Origin: Auanema rhodensis
Taxonomy: Eukaryota; Animalia; Nematoda
DNA length: 64,000 bases
Assembly (NCBI GenBank): GCA_964057225.1
Contig: CAXKVF010000078.1
Location: forward strand, 621,180 to 685,179
Direction: 5' to 3'
The notes under the pieces were generated by a model that was given only the letters and a program-made list of their open reading frames with translations, was not told the DNA's origin and did not search any database. Shown piece by piece: positions 39,876 through 55,900 of the stretch. Position 1 is the stretch's first letter. Every line of letters starts with the position of its first letter. A program made the translations under genes and the position numbers.

Positions 39876-42800
39876 AATCTAATTTTGAAAACCGCATCTC
39901 TTTATCTTTCACGTGAAGCGAGTTACATACCAAGTGCACATCACGTGTACATTTAATTAGCATAAATTAAAGTTCACGTAAATTTCAAAGTCATGGTTAC
40001 CATGAACCAATATCAATAAAAATTTGTTTTTAGACTAATATGGACATGGGGAATCTAATTTTGAAAACCGCATCTCTTTATCTTTCACGTGAAGCGAGTT
40101 ACATACCAAGTGCACATCACGTGTACATTTAATTAGCATAAATTAAAGTTCACGTAAATTTCAAAGTCATGGTTACCATGAAGCAATATCAATAAAAATT
40201 TGTTTTTAGACTAATATGGACATGGGGAATCTAAATTTGAAAACCGCATCTCTTTATCTTTCACGTGAAGCGAGTTACATACCAAGTGCACATCACGTGT
40301 ACATTTAATTAGCATAAATTAAAGTTCACGTAAATTTCAAAGTCATGGTTACCATGAACCAATATCAATAAAAATTTGTTTTTAGACTAATATGGACATG
40401 GGGAATCTAATTTTGAAAACCGCATCTCTTAATCTTTCACGTGAAGCGAGTTACATACCAAGTGCACATCACGTGTACATTTAATTAGCATAAATTAAAG
40501 TTCACGTAAATTTCAAAGCCATGGTTACCATGAACCAATATCAATAAAAATTTGTTTTTAGACTAATATGGACATGGGGAATCTAATTTTGAAAACCGCA
40601 TCTCTTTATCTTTCTCGTGAAGCGAGTTACATACCAAGGGCACATCACGTGTACATTTAATTAGCATAAATTAAAGTTCACGTAAATTTCAAAGTCATGG
40701 TTACCATGAACCAATATCAATAAAAATTTGTTTTTAGACTAATATGGACATGGGGAATCTAATTTTGAAAACCGCATCTCTTAATCTTTCACGTGAAGCG
40801 AGTTACATACCAAGTGCACATCACGTGTACATTTAATTAGCATGAATTAAAGTTCACGTAAATTTCAAAGTCATGGTTACCATGAACCAATATCAATAAA
40901 AATTTGTTTTTAGACTAATATGGACATGGGGAATCTAATTTTGAAAACCGCATCTCTTTATCTTTCTCGTGAAGCGAGTTACATACCAAGGGCACATCAC
41001 GTGTACATTTAATTAGCATAAATTAAAGTTCACGTAAATTTCAAAGTCATGGTTACCATGAACCAATATCAATAAAAATTTGTTTTTAGACTAATATGGA
41101 CATGGGGAATCTAATTTTGAAAACCGCATTTCTTTATCTTTCACGTGAAGCGAGTTACATACCAAGTGCACATCACGTGTACATTTAATTAGCATAAATT
41201 AAAGTTCACGTAAATTTCAAAGTCATGGTTACCATGCACCAATATCAATAAAAATTTGTTTTTAGACTAATATGGACATGGGGAATCTAATTTTGAAAAC
41301 CGCATCTCTTTATCTTTCACGTGAAGCGAGTTACATACCAAGTGCACATCACGTGTACATTTAATTAGCATAAATTAAAGTTCACGTAAATTTCAAAGTC
41401 ATGGTTACCATGAACCAATATCAATAAAAATTTGTTTTTAGACTAATATGGACATGGGGAATCTAATTTTGAAAACCGCATCTCTTAATCTTTCACGTGA
41501 AGCGAGTTACATACCAAGTGCACATCACGTGTACATTTAATTAGCATGAATTAAAGTTCACGTAAATTTCAAAGTCATGGTTACCATGAACCAATATCAA
41601 TAAAAATTTGTTTTTAGACTAATATGGACATGGGGAATCTAATTTTGAAAACCGCATCTCTTTATCTTTCACGTGAAGCGAGTTACATACCAAGTGCACA
41701 TCACGTGTACATTTAATTAGCATAAATTAAAGTTCACGTAAATTTCAAAGTCATGGTTACCATGAACCAATATCAATAAAAATTTGTTTTTAGACTAATA
41801 TGGACATGGGGAATCTAATTTTGAAAACCGCATCTCTTTATCTTTCACGTGAAGCGAGTTACATACCAAGTGCACATCACGTGTACATTTAATTAGCATA
41901 AATTAAAGTTCACGTAAATTTCAAAGTCATGGTTACCATGAACCAATATCAATAAAAATTTGTTTTTAGACTAATATGGACATGGGGAATCTAATTTTGA
42001 AAACCGCATCTCTTTATCTTTCACGTGAAGCGAGTTACATACCAAGTGCACATCACGTGTACATTTAATTAGCATAAATTAAAGTTCACGTAAATTTCAA
42101 AGTCATGGTTACCATGCACCAATATCAATAAAAATTTGTTTTTAGACTAATATGGACATGGGGAATCTAATTTTGAAAACCGCATCTCTTTATCTTTCAC
42201 GTGAAGCGAGTTACATACCAAGTGCACATCACGTGTACATTTAATTAGCATAAATTAAAGTTCACGTAAATTTCAAAGTCATGGTTACCATGAACCAATA
42301 TCAATAAAAATTTGTTTTTAGACTAATATGGACATGATGAATCTAATTTTGAAAACCGCATCTCTTTATCTTTCACGTGAAGCGAGTTACATACCAAGTG
42401 CACATCACGTGTACATTTAATTAGCATAAATTAAAGTTCACGTAAATTTCAAAGTCATGGTTACCATGAACCAATATCAATAAAAATTTGTTTTTAGACT
42501 AATATGGACATGGGGAATCTAATTTTGAAAACCGCATTTCTTTATCTTTCACGTGAAGCGAGTTACATACCAAGTGCACATCACGTGTACATTTAATTAG
42601 CATAAATTAAAGTTCACGTAAATTTCAAAGTCATGGTTACCATGCACCAATATCAATAAAAATTTGTTTTTAGACTAATATGGACATGGGGAATCTAATT
42701 TTGAAAACCGCATCTCTTTATCTTTCACGTGAAGCGAGTTACATACCAAGTGCACATCACGTGTACATTTAATTAGCATAAATTAAATTTCACGTAAATT

Positions 42801-45800
42801 TCAAAGTCATGGTTACCATGAAGCAATATCAATAAAAATGTGTTTTTAGACTAATATGGACATGGGGAATCTAATTTTGAAAACCGCATCTCTTTATCTC
42901 TCACGTGAAGCGAGTTACATACCAAGTGCACATCACGTGTACATTTAATTAGCATAAATTAAAGTTCACGTAAATTTCAAAGTCATGGTTACCATGAACC
43001 AATATCAATAAAAATTTGTTTTTAGACTAATATGGACATGGGGAATCTAATTTTGAAAACCGCATCTCTTTATCTTTCACGTGAAGCGAGTTACATACCA
43101 AGTGCACATCACGTGTACATTTAATTAGCATAAATTAAAGTTCACGTAAATTTCAAAGTCATGGTTACCATGAACCAATATCAATAAAAATTTGTTTTTA
43201 GACTAATATGGACATGGGGAATCTAATTTTGAAAACCGCATCTCTTTATCTTTCACGTGAAGCGAGTTACATACCAAGTGCACATCACGTGTACATTTAA
43301 TTAGCATAAATTAAAGTTCACGTAAATTTCAAAGCCATGGTTACCATGAACCAATATCAATAAAAATTTGTTTTTAGACTAATATGGACATGGGGAATCT
43401 AATTTTGAAAACCGCATCTCTTTATCTTTCACGTGAAGCGAGTTACATACCAAGTGCACATCACGTGTACATTTAATTAGCATAAATTAAAGTTCACGTA
43501 AATTTCAAAGTCATGGTTACCATGAACCAATATCAATAAAAATTTGTTTTTAGACTAATATGGACATGGGGAATCTAATTTTGAAAACCGCATCTCTTTA
43601 TCTTTCACGTGAAGCGAGTTACATACCAAGTGCACATCACGTGTACATTTAATTAGCATAAATTAAAGTTCACGTAAATTTCAAAGTCATGGTTACCATG
43701 AACCAATATCAATAAAAATTTGTTTTTAGACTAATATGGACATGGGGAATCTAATTTTGAAAACCGCATCTCTTTATCTTTCACGTGAAGCGAGTTACAT
43801 ACCAAGTGCACATCACGTGTACATTTAATTAGCATAAATTAAAGTTCACGTAAATTTCAAAGTCATGGTTACCATGAACCAATATCAATAAAAATTTGTT
43901 TTTAGACTAATATGGACATGGGGAATCTAATTTTGAAAACCGCATCTCTTTATCTTTCACGTGAAGCGAGTTACATACCAAGTGCACATCACGTGTACAT
44001 TTAATTAGCATAAATTAAAGTTCACGTAAATTTCAAAGTCATGGTTACCATGAACCAATATCAATAAAAATTTGTTTTTAGACTAATATGGACATGGGGA
44101 ATCTAATTTTGAAAACCGCATCTCTTTATCTTTCACGTGAAGCGAGTTACATACCAAGTGCACATCACGTGTACATTTAATTAGCATAAATTAAAGTTCA
44201 CGTAAATTTCAAAGCCATGGTTACCATGAACCAATATCAATAAAAATTTGTTTTTAGACTAATATGGACATGGGGAATCTAATTTTGAAAACCGCATCTC
44301 TTTATCTTTCACGTGAAGCGAGTTACATACCAAGTGCACATCACGTGTACATTTAATTAGCATAAATTAAAGTTCACGTAAATTTCAAAGTCATGGTTAC
44401 CATGAACCAATATCAATAAAAATTTGTTTTTAGACTAATATGGACATGGGGAATCTAATTTTGAAAACCGCATCTCTTTATCTTTCACGTGAAGCGAGTT
44501 ACATACCAAGTGCACATCACGTGTACATTTAATTAGCATAAATTAAAGTTCACGTAAATTTCAAAGTCATGGTTACCATGAACCAATATCAATAAAAATT
44601 TGTTTTTAGACTAATATGGACATGGGGAATCTAATTTTGAAAACCGCATCTCTTTATCTTTCACGTGAAGCGAGTTACATACCAAGTGCACATCACGTGT
44701 ACATTTAATTAGCATAAATTAAAGTTCACGTAAATTTCAAAGTCATGGTTACCATGAACCAATATCAATAAAAATTTGTTTTTAGACTAATATGGACATG
44801 GGGAATCTAATTTTGAAAACCGCATCTCTTTATCTTTCACGTGAAGCGAGTTACATACCAAGTGCACATCACGTGTACATTTAATTAGCATAAATTAAAG
44901 TTCACGTAAATTTCAAAGTCATGGTTACCATGAACCAATATCAATAAAAATTTGTTTTTAGACTAATATGGACATGGGGAATCTAATTTTGAAAACCGCA
45001 TCTCTTTATCTTTCACGTGAAGCGAGTTACATACCAAGTGCACATCACGTGTTCATTTAATTAGCATAAATTAAAGTTCACGTAAATTTCAAAGTCATGG
45101 TTACCATGAAGCAATATCAATAAAAATTTGTTTTTAGACTAATATGGACATGGGGAATCTAATTTTGAAAACCGCATCTCTTTATCTTTTACGTGAAGCG
45201 AGTTACATACCAAGTGCACATCACGTGTACATTTAATTAGCATAAATTAAAGTTCACGTAAATTTCAAAGTCATGGTTACCATGAACCAATATCAATAAA
45301 AATTTGTTTTTAGACTAATATGGACATGGGGAATCTAATTTTGAAAACCGCATTTCTTTATCTTTCACGTGAAGCGAGTTACATACCAAGTGCACATCAC
45401 GTGTACATTTAATTAGCATAAATTAAAGTTCACGTAAATTTCAAAGTCATGGTTACCATGAACCAATATCAATAAAAATTTGTTTTTAGACTAATATGGA
45501 CATGGGGAATCTAATTTGAAAACCGCATCTCTTTATCTCTCACGTGAAGCGAGTTACATACCAAGTGCACATCACGTGTACATTTAATTAGCATAAATTA
45601 AAGTTCATGTAAATTTCAAAGTCATGGTTACCATGAACCAATATCAATAAAAATTTGTTTTTAGACTAATATGGACATGGGGAATCTAATTTTGAAAACC
45701 GCATCTCTTTATCTTTCACGTGAAGCGAGTTACATACCAAGTGCACATCACGTGTACATTTAATTAGCATAAATTAAAGTTCACGTAAATTTCAAAGTCA

Positions 45801-48800
45801 TGGTTACCATGAACCAATATCAATAAAAATTTGTTTTTAGACTAATATGGACATGGGGAATCTAATTTTGAAAACCGCATCTCTTTATCTTTCACGTGAA
45901 GCGAGTTACATACCAAGTGCACATCACGTGTACATTTAATTAGCATAAATTAAAGTTCACGTAAATTTCAAAGTCATGGTTACCATGAACCAATATCAAT
46001 AAAAATTTGTTTTTAGACTAATATGGACATGGGGAATCTAATTTTGAAAACCGCATCTCTTTATCTTTCACGTGAAGCGAGTTACATACCAAGTGCACAT
46101 CACGTGTACATTTAATTAGCATAAATTAAAGTTCACGTAAATTTCAAAGTCATGGTTACCATGAACCAATATCAATAAAAATTTGTTTTTAGACTAATAT
46201 GGACATGGGGAATCTAATTTTGAAAACCGCATCTCTTTATCTTTCACGTGAAGCGAGTTACATACCAAGTGCACATCACGTGTACATTTAATTAGCATAA
46301 ATTAAAGTTCACGTAAATTTCAAAGTCATGGTTACCATGAACCAATATCAATAAAAATTTGTTTTTAGACTAATATGGACATGGGGAATCTAATTTTGAA
46401 AACCGCATCTCTTTATCTTTCACGTGAAGCGAGTTACATACCAAGTGCACATCACGTGTACATTTAATTAGCATAAATTAAAGTTCACGTAAATTTCAAA
46501 GTCATGGTTACCATGAAGCAATATCAATAAAAATTTGTTTTTAGACTAATATGGACATGGGGAATCTAATTTTGAAAACCGCATCTCTTTATCTTTCACG
46601 TGAAGCGAGTTACATACCAAGTGCACATCACGTGTACATTTAATTAGCATAAATTAAAGTTCACGTAAATTTCAAAGTCATGGTTACCATGAACCAATAT
46701 CAATAAAAATTTGTTTTTAGACTAATATGGACATGGGGAATCTAATTTTGAAACCGCATTTCTTTATCTTTCACGTGAAGCGAGTTACATACCAAGTGCA
46801 CATCACGTGTACATTTAATTAGCATAAATTAAAGTTCACGTAAATTTCAAAGTCATGGTTACCATGAACCAATATCAATAAAAATTTGTTTTTAGACTAA
46901 TATGGACATGGGGAATCTAATTTTGAAAACCGCATCTCTTTATCTTTCACGTGAAGCGAGTTACATACCAAGTGCACATCACGTGTTCATTTAATTAGCA
47001 TAAATTAAAGTTCACGTAAATTTCAAAGTCATGGTTACCATGAAGCAATATCAATAAAAATTTGTTTTTAGACTAATATGGACATGGGGAATCTAATTTT
47101 GAAAACCGCATCTCTTTATCTTTCACGTGAAGCGAGTTACATACCAAGTGCACATCACGTGTTCATTTAATTAGCATAAATTAAAGTTCACGTAAATTTC
47201 AAAGTCATGGTTACCATGAAGCAATATCAATAAAAATTTGTTTTTAGACTAATATGGACATGGGGAATCTAATTTTGAAAACCGCATCTCTTTATCTTTC
47301 ACGTGAAGCGAGTTACATACCAAGTGCACATCACGTGTACATTTAATTAGCATAAATTAAAGTTCACGTAAATTTCAAAGTCATGGTTACCATGAACCAA
47401 TATCAATAAAAATTTGTTTTTAGACTAATATGGACATGGGGAATCTAATTTTGAAAACCGCATTTCTTTATCTTTCACGTGAAGCGAGTTACATACCAAG
47501 TGCACATCACGTGTACATTTAATTAGCATAAATTAAAGTTCACGTAAATTTCAAAGTCATGGTTACCATGAAGCAATATCAATAAAAATGTGTTTTTAGA
47601 CTAATATGGACATGGGGAATCTAATTTTGAAAACCGCATCTCTTTATCTCTCACGTGAAGCGAGTTACATACCAAGTGCACATCACGTGTACATTTAATT
47701 AGCATAAATTAAAGTTCACGTAAATTTCAAAGTCATGGTTACCATGAACCAATATCAATAAAAATTTGTTTTTAGACTAATATGGACATGGGGAATCTAA
47801 TTTTGAAAACCGCATCTCTTTATCTTTCACGTGAAGCGAGTTACATACCAAGTGCACATCACGTGTACATTTAATTAGCATAAATTAAAGTTCACGTAAA
47901 TTTCAAAGTCATGGTTACCATGAACCAATATCAATAAAAATTTGTTTTTAGACTAATATGGACATGGGGAATCTAATTTTGAAAACCGCATCTCTTTATC
48001 TTTCACGTGAAGCGAGTTACATACCAAGTGCACATCACGTGTACATTTAATTAGCATAAATTAAAGTTCACGTAAATTTCAAAGCATGGTTACCATGAAC
48101 CAATATCAATAAAAATTTGTTTTTAGACTAATATGGACATGGGGAATCTAATTTTGAAAACCGCATCTCTTTATCTTTCACGTGAAGCGAGTTACATACC
48201 AAGTGCACATCACGTGTACATTTAATTAGCATAAATTAAAGTTCACGTAAATTTCAAAGTCATGGTTACCATGAACCAATATCAATAAAAATTTGTTTTT
48301 AGACTAATATGGACATGGGGAATCTAATTTTGAAAACCGCATCTCTTTATCTTTCACGTGAAGCGAGTTACATACCAAGTGCACATCACGTGTACATTTA
48401 ATTAGCATAAATTAAAGTTCACGTAAATTTCAAAGTCATGGTTACCATGAACCAATATCAATAAAAATTTGTTTTTAGACTAATATGGACATGGGAATCT
48501 AATTTTGAAAACCGCATCTCTTTATCTTTCACGTGAAGCGAGTTACATACCAAGTGCACATCACGTGTACATTTAATTAGCATAAATTAAAGTTCACGTA
48601 AATTTCAAAGTCATGGTTACCATGAAGCAATATCAATAAAAATTTGTTTTTAGACTAATATGGACATGGGGAATCTAATTTTGAAAACCGCATCTCTTTA
48701 TCTTTCACGTGAAGCGAGTTACATACCAAGTGCACATCACGTGTACATTTAATTAGCATAAATTAAAGTTCACGTAAATTTCAAAGTCATGGTTACCATG

Positions 48801-49902
48801 AACCAATATCAATAAAAATTTGTTTTTAGACTAATATGGACATGGGGAATCTAATTTGAAAACCGCATTTCTTTATCTTTCACGTGAAGCGAGTTACATA
48901 CCAAGTGCACATCACGTGTACATTTAATTAGCATAAATTAAAGTTCACGTAAATTTCAAAGTCATGGTTACCATGAACCAATATCAATAAAAATTTGTTT
49001 TTAGACTAATATGGACATGGGGAATCTAATTTTGAAAACCGCATCTCTTTATCTTTCACGTGAAGCGAGTTACATACCAAGTGCACATCACGTGTACATT
49101 TAATTAGCATAAATTAAAGTTCACGTAAATTTCAAAGTCATGGTTACCATGAACCAATATCAATAAAAATTTGTTTTTAGACTAATATGGACATGGGGAA
49201 TCTAATTTTGAAAACCGCATCTCTTTATCTTTCACGTGAAGCGAGTTACATACCAAGTGCACATCACGTGTACATTTAATTAGCATAAATTAAAGTTCAC
49301 GTAAATTTCAAAGTCATGGTTACCATGAACCAATATCAATAAAAATTTGTTTTTAGACTAATATGGACATGGGGAATCTAATTTTGAAAACCGCATCTCT
49401 TTATCTTTCACGTGAAGCGAGTTACATACCAAGTGCACATCACGTGTACATTTAATTAGCATAAATTAAAGTTCACGTAAATTTCAAAGTCATGGTTACC
49501 ATGAACCAATATCAATAAAAATTTGTTTTTAGACTAATATGGACATGGGGAATCTAATTTTGAAAACCGCATCTCTTTATCTTTCACGTGAAGCGAGTTA
49601 CATACCAAGTGCACATCACGTGTACATTTAATTAGCATAAATTAAAGTTCACGTAAATTTCAAAGTCATGGTTACCATGAACCAATATCAATAAAAATTT
49701 GTTTTTAGACTAATATGGACATGGGGAATCTAATTTTGAAAACCGCATCTCTTTATCTTTCACGTGAAGCGAGTTACATACCAAGTGCACATCACGTGTA
49801 CATTTAATTAGCATAAATTAAAGTTCACGTAAATTTCAAAGTCATGGTTACCATGAACCAATATCAATAAAAATTTGTTTTTAGACTAATATGGACATGG
49901 GG

Positions 49903-52900
49903 AATCTAATTTTGAAAACCGCATCTCTTTATCTTTCACGTGAAGCGAGTTACATACCAAGTGCACATCACGTGTTCATTTAATTAGCATAAATTAAAGT
50001 TCACGTAAATTTCAAAGTCATGGTTACCATGAAGCAATATCAATAAAAATTTGTTTTTAGACTAATATGGACATGGGGAATCTAATTTTGAAAACCGCAT
50101 CTCTTTATCTTTCACGTGAAGCGAGTTACATACCAAGTGCACATCACGTGTACATTTAATTAGCATAAATTAAAGTTCACGTAAATTTCAAAGTCATGGT
50201 TACCATGAACCAATATCAATAAAAATTTGTTTTTAGACTAATATGGACATGGGGAATCTAATTTTGAAAACCGCATTTCTTTATCTTTCACGTGAAGCGA
50301 GTTACATACCAAGTGCACATCACGTGTACATTTAATTAGCATAAATTAAAGTTCACGTAAATTTCAAAGTCATGGTTACCATGAACCAATATCAATAAAA
50401 ATTTGTTTTTAGACTAATATGGACATGGGGAATCTAATTTTGAAAACCGCATCTCTTTATCTTTCACGTGAAGCGAGTTACATACCAAGTGCACATCACG
50501 TGTACATTTAATTAGCATAAATTAAAGTTCACGTAAATTTCAAAGTCATGGTTACCATGAACCAATATCAATAAAAATTTGTTTTTAGACTAATATGGAC
50601 ATGGGGAATCTAATTTTGAAAACCGCATTTCTTTATCTTTCACGTGAAGCGAGTTACATACCAAGTGCACATCACGTGTACATTTAATTAGCATAAATTA
50701 AAGTTCACGTAAATTTCAAAGTCATGGTTACCATGCACCAATATCAATAAAAATTTGTTTTTAGACTAATATGGACATGGGGAATCTAATTTTGAAAACC
50801 GCATCTCTTTATCTTTCACGTGAAGCGAGTTACATACCAAGTGCACATCACGTGTACATTTAATTAGCATAAATTAAAGTTCACGTAAATTTTAAAGTCA
50901 TGGTTACCATGAACCAATATCAATAAAAATTTGTTTTTAGACTAATATGGACATGGGGAATCTAATTTTGAAAACCGCATCTCTTTATCTTTCACGTGAA
51001 GCGAGTTACATACCAAGTGCACATCACGTGTACATTTAATTAGCATAAATTAAAGTTCACGTAAATTTCAAAGTCATGGTTACCATGAACTAATATCAAT
51101 AAAAATTTGTTTTTAGACTAATATGGACATGGAGAATCTAATTTTGAAAACCGCATCTCTTTATCTTTCACGTGAAGCGAGTTACATACCAAGTGCACAT
51201 CACGTGTACATTTAATTAGCATAAATTAAAGTTCACGTAAATTTTAAAGTCATGGTTACCATGAACCAATATCAATAAAAATTTGTTTTTAGACTAATAT
51301 GGACATGGGGAATCTAATTTTGAAAACCGCATCTCTTTATCTTTCACGTGAAGCGAGTTACATACCAAGTGCACATCACGTGTACATTTAATTAGCATAA
51401 ATTAAAGTTCACGTAAATTTCAAAGTCATGGTTACCATGAACCAATATCAATAAAAATTTGTTTTTAGACTAATATGGACATGGGGAATCTAATTTTGAA
51501 AACCGCATCTCTTTATCTTTCACGTGAAGCGAGTTACATACCAAGTGCACATCACGTGTTCATTTAATTAGCATAAATTAAAGTTCACGTAAATTTCAAA
51601 GTCATGGTTACCATGAAGCAATATCAATAAAAATTTGTTTTTAGACTAATATGGACATGGGGAATCTAATTTTGAAAACCGCATCTCTTTATCTTTCACG
51701 TGAAGCGAGTTACATACCAAGTGCACATCACGTGTACATTTAATTAGCATAAATTAAAGTTCACGTAAATTTCAAAGTCATGGTTACCATGAACCAATAT
51801 CAATAAAAATTTGTTTTTAGACTAATATGGACATGGGGAATCTAATTTTGAAAACCGCATTTCTTTATCTTTCACGTGAAGCGAGTTACATACCAAGTGC
51901 ACATCACGTGTACATTTAATTAGCATAAATTAAAGTTCACGTAAATTTCAAAGTCATGGTTACCATGAACCAATATCAATAAAAATTTGTTTTTAGACTA
52001 ATATGGACATGGGGAATCTAATTTTGAAAACCGCATCTCTTTATCTTTCACGTGAAGCGAGTTACATACCAAGTGCACATCACGTGTACATTTAATTAGC
52101 ATAAATTAAAGTTCACGTAAATTTCAAAGTCATGGTTACCATGAACCAATATCAATAAAAATTTGTTTTTAGACTAATATGGACATGGGGAATCTAATTT
52201 TGAAAACCGCATCTCTTTATCTTTCACGTGAAGCGAGTTACATACCAAGTGCACATCACGTGTTCATTTAATTAGCATAAATTAAAGTTCACGTAAATTT
52301 CAAAGTCATGGTTACCATGAAGCAATATCAATAAAAATTTGTTTTTAGACTAATATGGACATGGGGAATCTAATTTTGAAAACCGCATCTCTTTATCTTT
52401 CACGTGAAGCGAGTTACATACCAAGTGCACATCACGTGTACATTTAATTAGCATAAATTAAAGTTCACGTAAATTTCAAAGTCATGGTTACCATGAACCA
52501 ATATCAATAAAAATTTGTTTTTAGACTAATATGGACATGGGGAATCTAATTTTGAAAACCGCATTTCTTTATCTTTCACGTGAAGCGAGTTACATACCAA
52601 GTGCACATCACGTGTACATTTAATTAGCATAAATTAAAGTTCACGTAAATTTCAAAGTCATGGTTACCATGAACCAATATCAATAAAAATTTGTTTTTAG
52701 ACTAATATGGACATGGGGAATCTAATTTTGAAAACCGCATCTCTTTATCTTTCACGTGAAGCGAGTTACATACCAAGTGCACATCACGTGTACATTTAAT
52801 TAGCATAAATTAAAGTTCACGTAAATTTCAAAGTCATGGTTACCATGAACCAATATCAATAAAAATTTGTTTTTAGACTAATATGGACATGGGGAATCTA

Positions 52901-55900
52901 ATTTTGAAAACCGCATTTCTTTATCTTTCACGTGAAGCGAGTTACATACCATGTGCACATCACGTGTACATTTAATTAGCATAAATTAAAGTTCACGTAA
53001 ATTTCAAAGTCATGGTTACCATGCACCAATATCAATAAAAATTTGTTTTTAGACTAATATGGACATGGGGAATCTAATTTTGAAAACCGCATCTCTTTAT
53101 CTTTCACGTGAAGCGAGTTACATACCAAGTGCACATCACGTGTACATTTAATTAGCATAAATTAAAGTTCACGTAAATTTTAAAGTCATGGTTACCATGA
53201 ACCAATATCAATAAAAATTTGTTTTTAGACTAATATGGACATGGGGAATCTAATTTTGAAAACCGCATCTCTTTATCTTTCACGTGAAGCGAGTTACATA
53301 CCAAGTGCACATCACGTGTACATTTAATTAGCATAAATTAAAGTTCACGTAAATTTCAAAGTCATGGTTACCATGAACTAATATCAATAAAAATTTGTTT
53401 TTAGACTAATATGGACATGGAGAATCTAATTTTGAAAACCGCATCTCTTTATCTTTCACGTGAAGCGAGTTACATACCAAGTGCACATCACGTGTACATT
53501 TAATTAGCATAAATTAAAGTTCACGTAAATTTTAAAGTCATGGTTACCATGAACCAATATCAATAAAAATTTGTTTTTAGACTAATATGGACATGGGGAA
53601 TCTAATTTTGAAAACCGCATCTCTTTATCTTTCACGTGAAGCGAGTTACATACCAAGTGCACATCACGTGTACATTTAATTAGCATAAATTAAAGTTCAC
53701 GTAAATTTCAAAGTCATGGTTACCATGAACCAATATCAATAAAAATTTGTTTTTAGACTAATATGGACATGGGGAATCTAATTTTGAAAACCGCATCTCT
53801 TTATCTTTCACGTGAAGCGAGTTACATACCAAGTGCACATCACGTGTTCATTTAATTAGCATAAATTAAAGTTCACGTAAATTTCAAAGTCATGGTTACC
53901 ATGAAGCAATATCAATAAAAATTTGTTTTTAGACTAATATGGACATGGGGAATCTAATTTTGAAAACCGCATCTCTTTATCTTTCACGTGAAGCGAGTTA
54001 CATACCAAGTGCACATCACGTGTACATTTAATTAGCATAAATTAAAGTTCACGTAAATTTCAAAGTCATGGTTACCATGAACCAATATCAATAAAAATTT
54101 GTTTTTAGACTAATATGGACATGGGGAATCTAATTTTGAAAACCGCATTTCTTTATCTTTCACGTGAAGCGAGTTACATACCAAGTGCACATCACGTGTA
54201 CATTTAATTAGCATAAATTAAAGTTCACGTAAATTTCAAAGTCATGGTTACCATGAACCAATATCAATAAAAATTTGTTTTTAGACTAATATGGACATGG
54301 GGAATCTAATTTTGAAAACCGCATCTCTTTATCTTTCACGTGAAGCGAGTTACATACCAAGTGCACATCACGTGTACATTTAATTAGCATAAATTAAAGT
54401 TCACGTAAATTTCAAAGTCATGGTTACCATGAACTAATATCAATAAAAATTTGTTTTTAGACTAATATGGACATGGGGAATCTAATTTTGAAAACCGCAT
54501 CTCTTTATCTTTCACGTGAAGCGAGTTACATACCAAGTGCACATCACGTGTTCATTTAATTAGCATAAATTAAAGTTCACGTAAATTTCAAAGTCATGGT
54601 TACCATGAAGCAATATCAATAAAAATTTGTTTTTAGACTAATATGGACATGGGGAATCTAATTTTGAAAACCGCATCTCTTTATCTTTCACGTGAAGCGA
54701 GTTACATACCAAGTGCACATCACGTGTTCATTTAATTAGCATAAATTAAAGTTCACGTAAATTTCAAAGTCATGGTTACCATGAAGCAATATCAATAAAA
54801 ATTTGTTTTTAGACTAATATGGACATGGGGAATCTAATTTTGAAAACCGCATCTCTTTATCTTTCACGTGAAGCGAGTTACATACCAAGTGCACATCACG
54901 TGTACATTTAATTAGCATAAATTAAAGTTCACGTAAATTTCAAAGTCATGGTTACCATGAACCAATATCAATAAAAATTTGTTTTTAGACTAATATGGAC
55001 ATGGGGAATCTAATTTTGAAAACCGCATTTCTTTATCTTTCACGTGAAGCGAGTTACATACCAAGTGCACATCACGTGTACATTTAATTAGCATAAATTA
55101 AAGTTCACGTAAATTTCAAAGTCATGGTTACCATGAACCAATATCAATAAAAATTTGTTTTTAGACTAATATGGACATGGGGAATCTAATTTTGAAAACC
55201 GCATCTCTTTATCTTTCACGTGAAGCGAGTTACATACCAAGTGCACATCACGTGTACATTTAATTAGCATAAATTAAAGTTCACGTAAATTTCAAAGTCA
55301 TGGTTACCATGAACCAATATCAATAAAAATTTGTTTTTAGACTAATATGGACATGGGGAATCTAATTTTGAAAACCGCATTTCTTTATCTTTCACGTGAA
55401 GCGAGTTACATACCATGTGCACATCACGTGTACATTTAATTAGCATAAATTAAAGTTCACGTAAATTTCAAAGTCATGGTTACCATGCACCAATATCAAT
55501 AAAAATTTGTTTTTAGACTAATATGGACATGGGGAATCTAATTTTGAAAACCGCATCTCTTTATCTTTCACGTGAAGCGAGTTACATACCAAGTGCACAT
55601 CACGTGTACATTTAATTAGCATAAATTAAAGTTCACGTAAATTTTAAAGTCATGGTTACCATGAACCAATATCAATAAAAATTTGTTTTTAGACTAATAT
55701 GGACATGGGGAATCTAATTTTGAAAACCGCATCTCTTTATCTTTCACGTGAAGCGAGTTACATACCAAGTGCACATCACGTGTACATTTAATTAGCATAA
55801 ATTAAAGTTCACGTAAATTTCAAAGTCATGGTTACCATGAACTAATATCAATAAAAATTTGTTTTTAGACTAATATGGACATGGAGAATCTAATTTTGAA

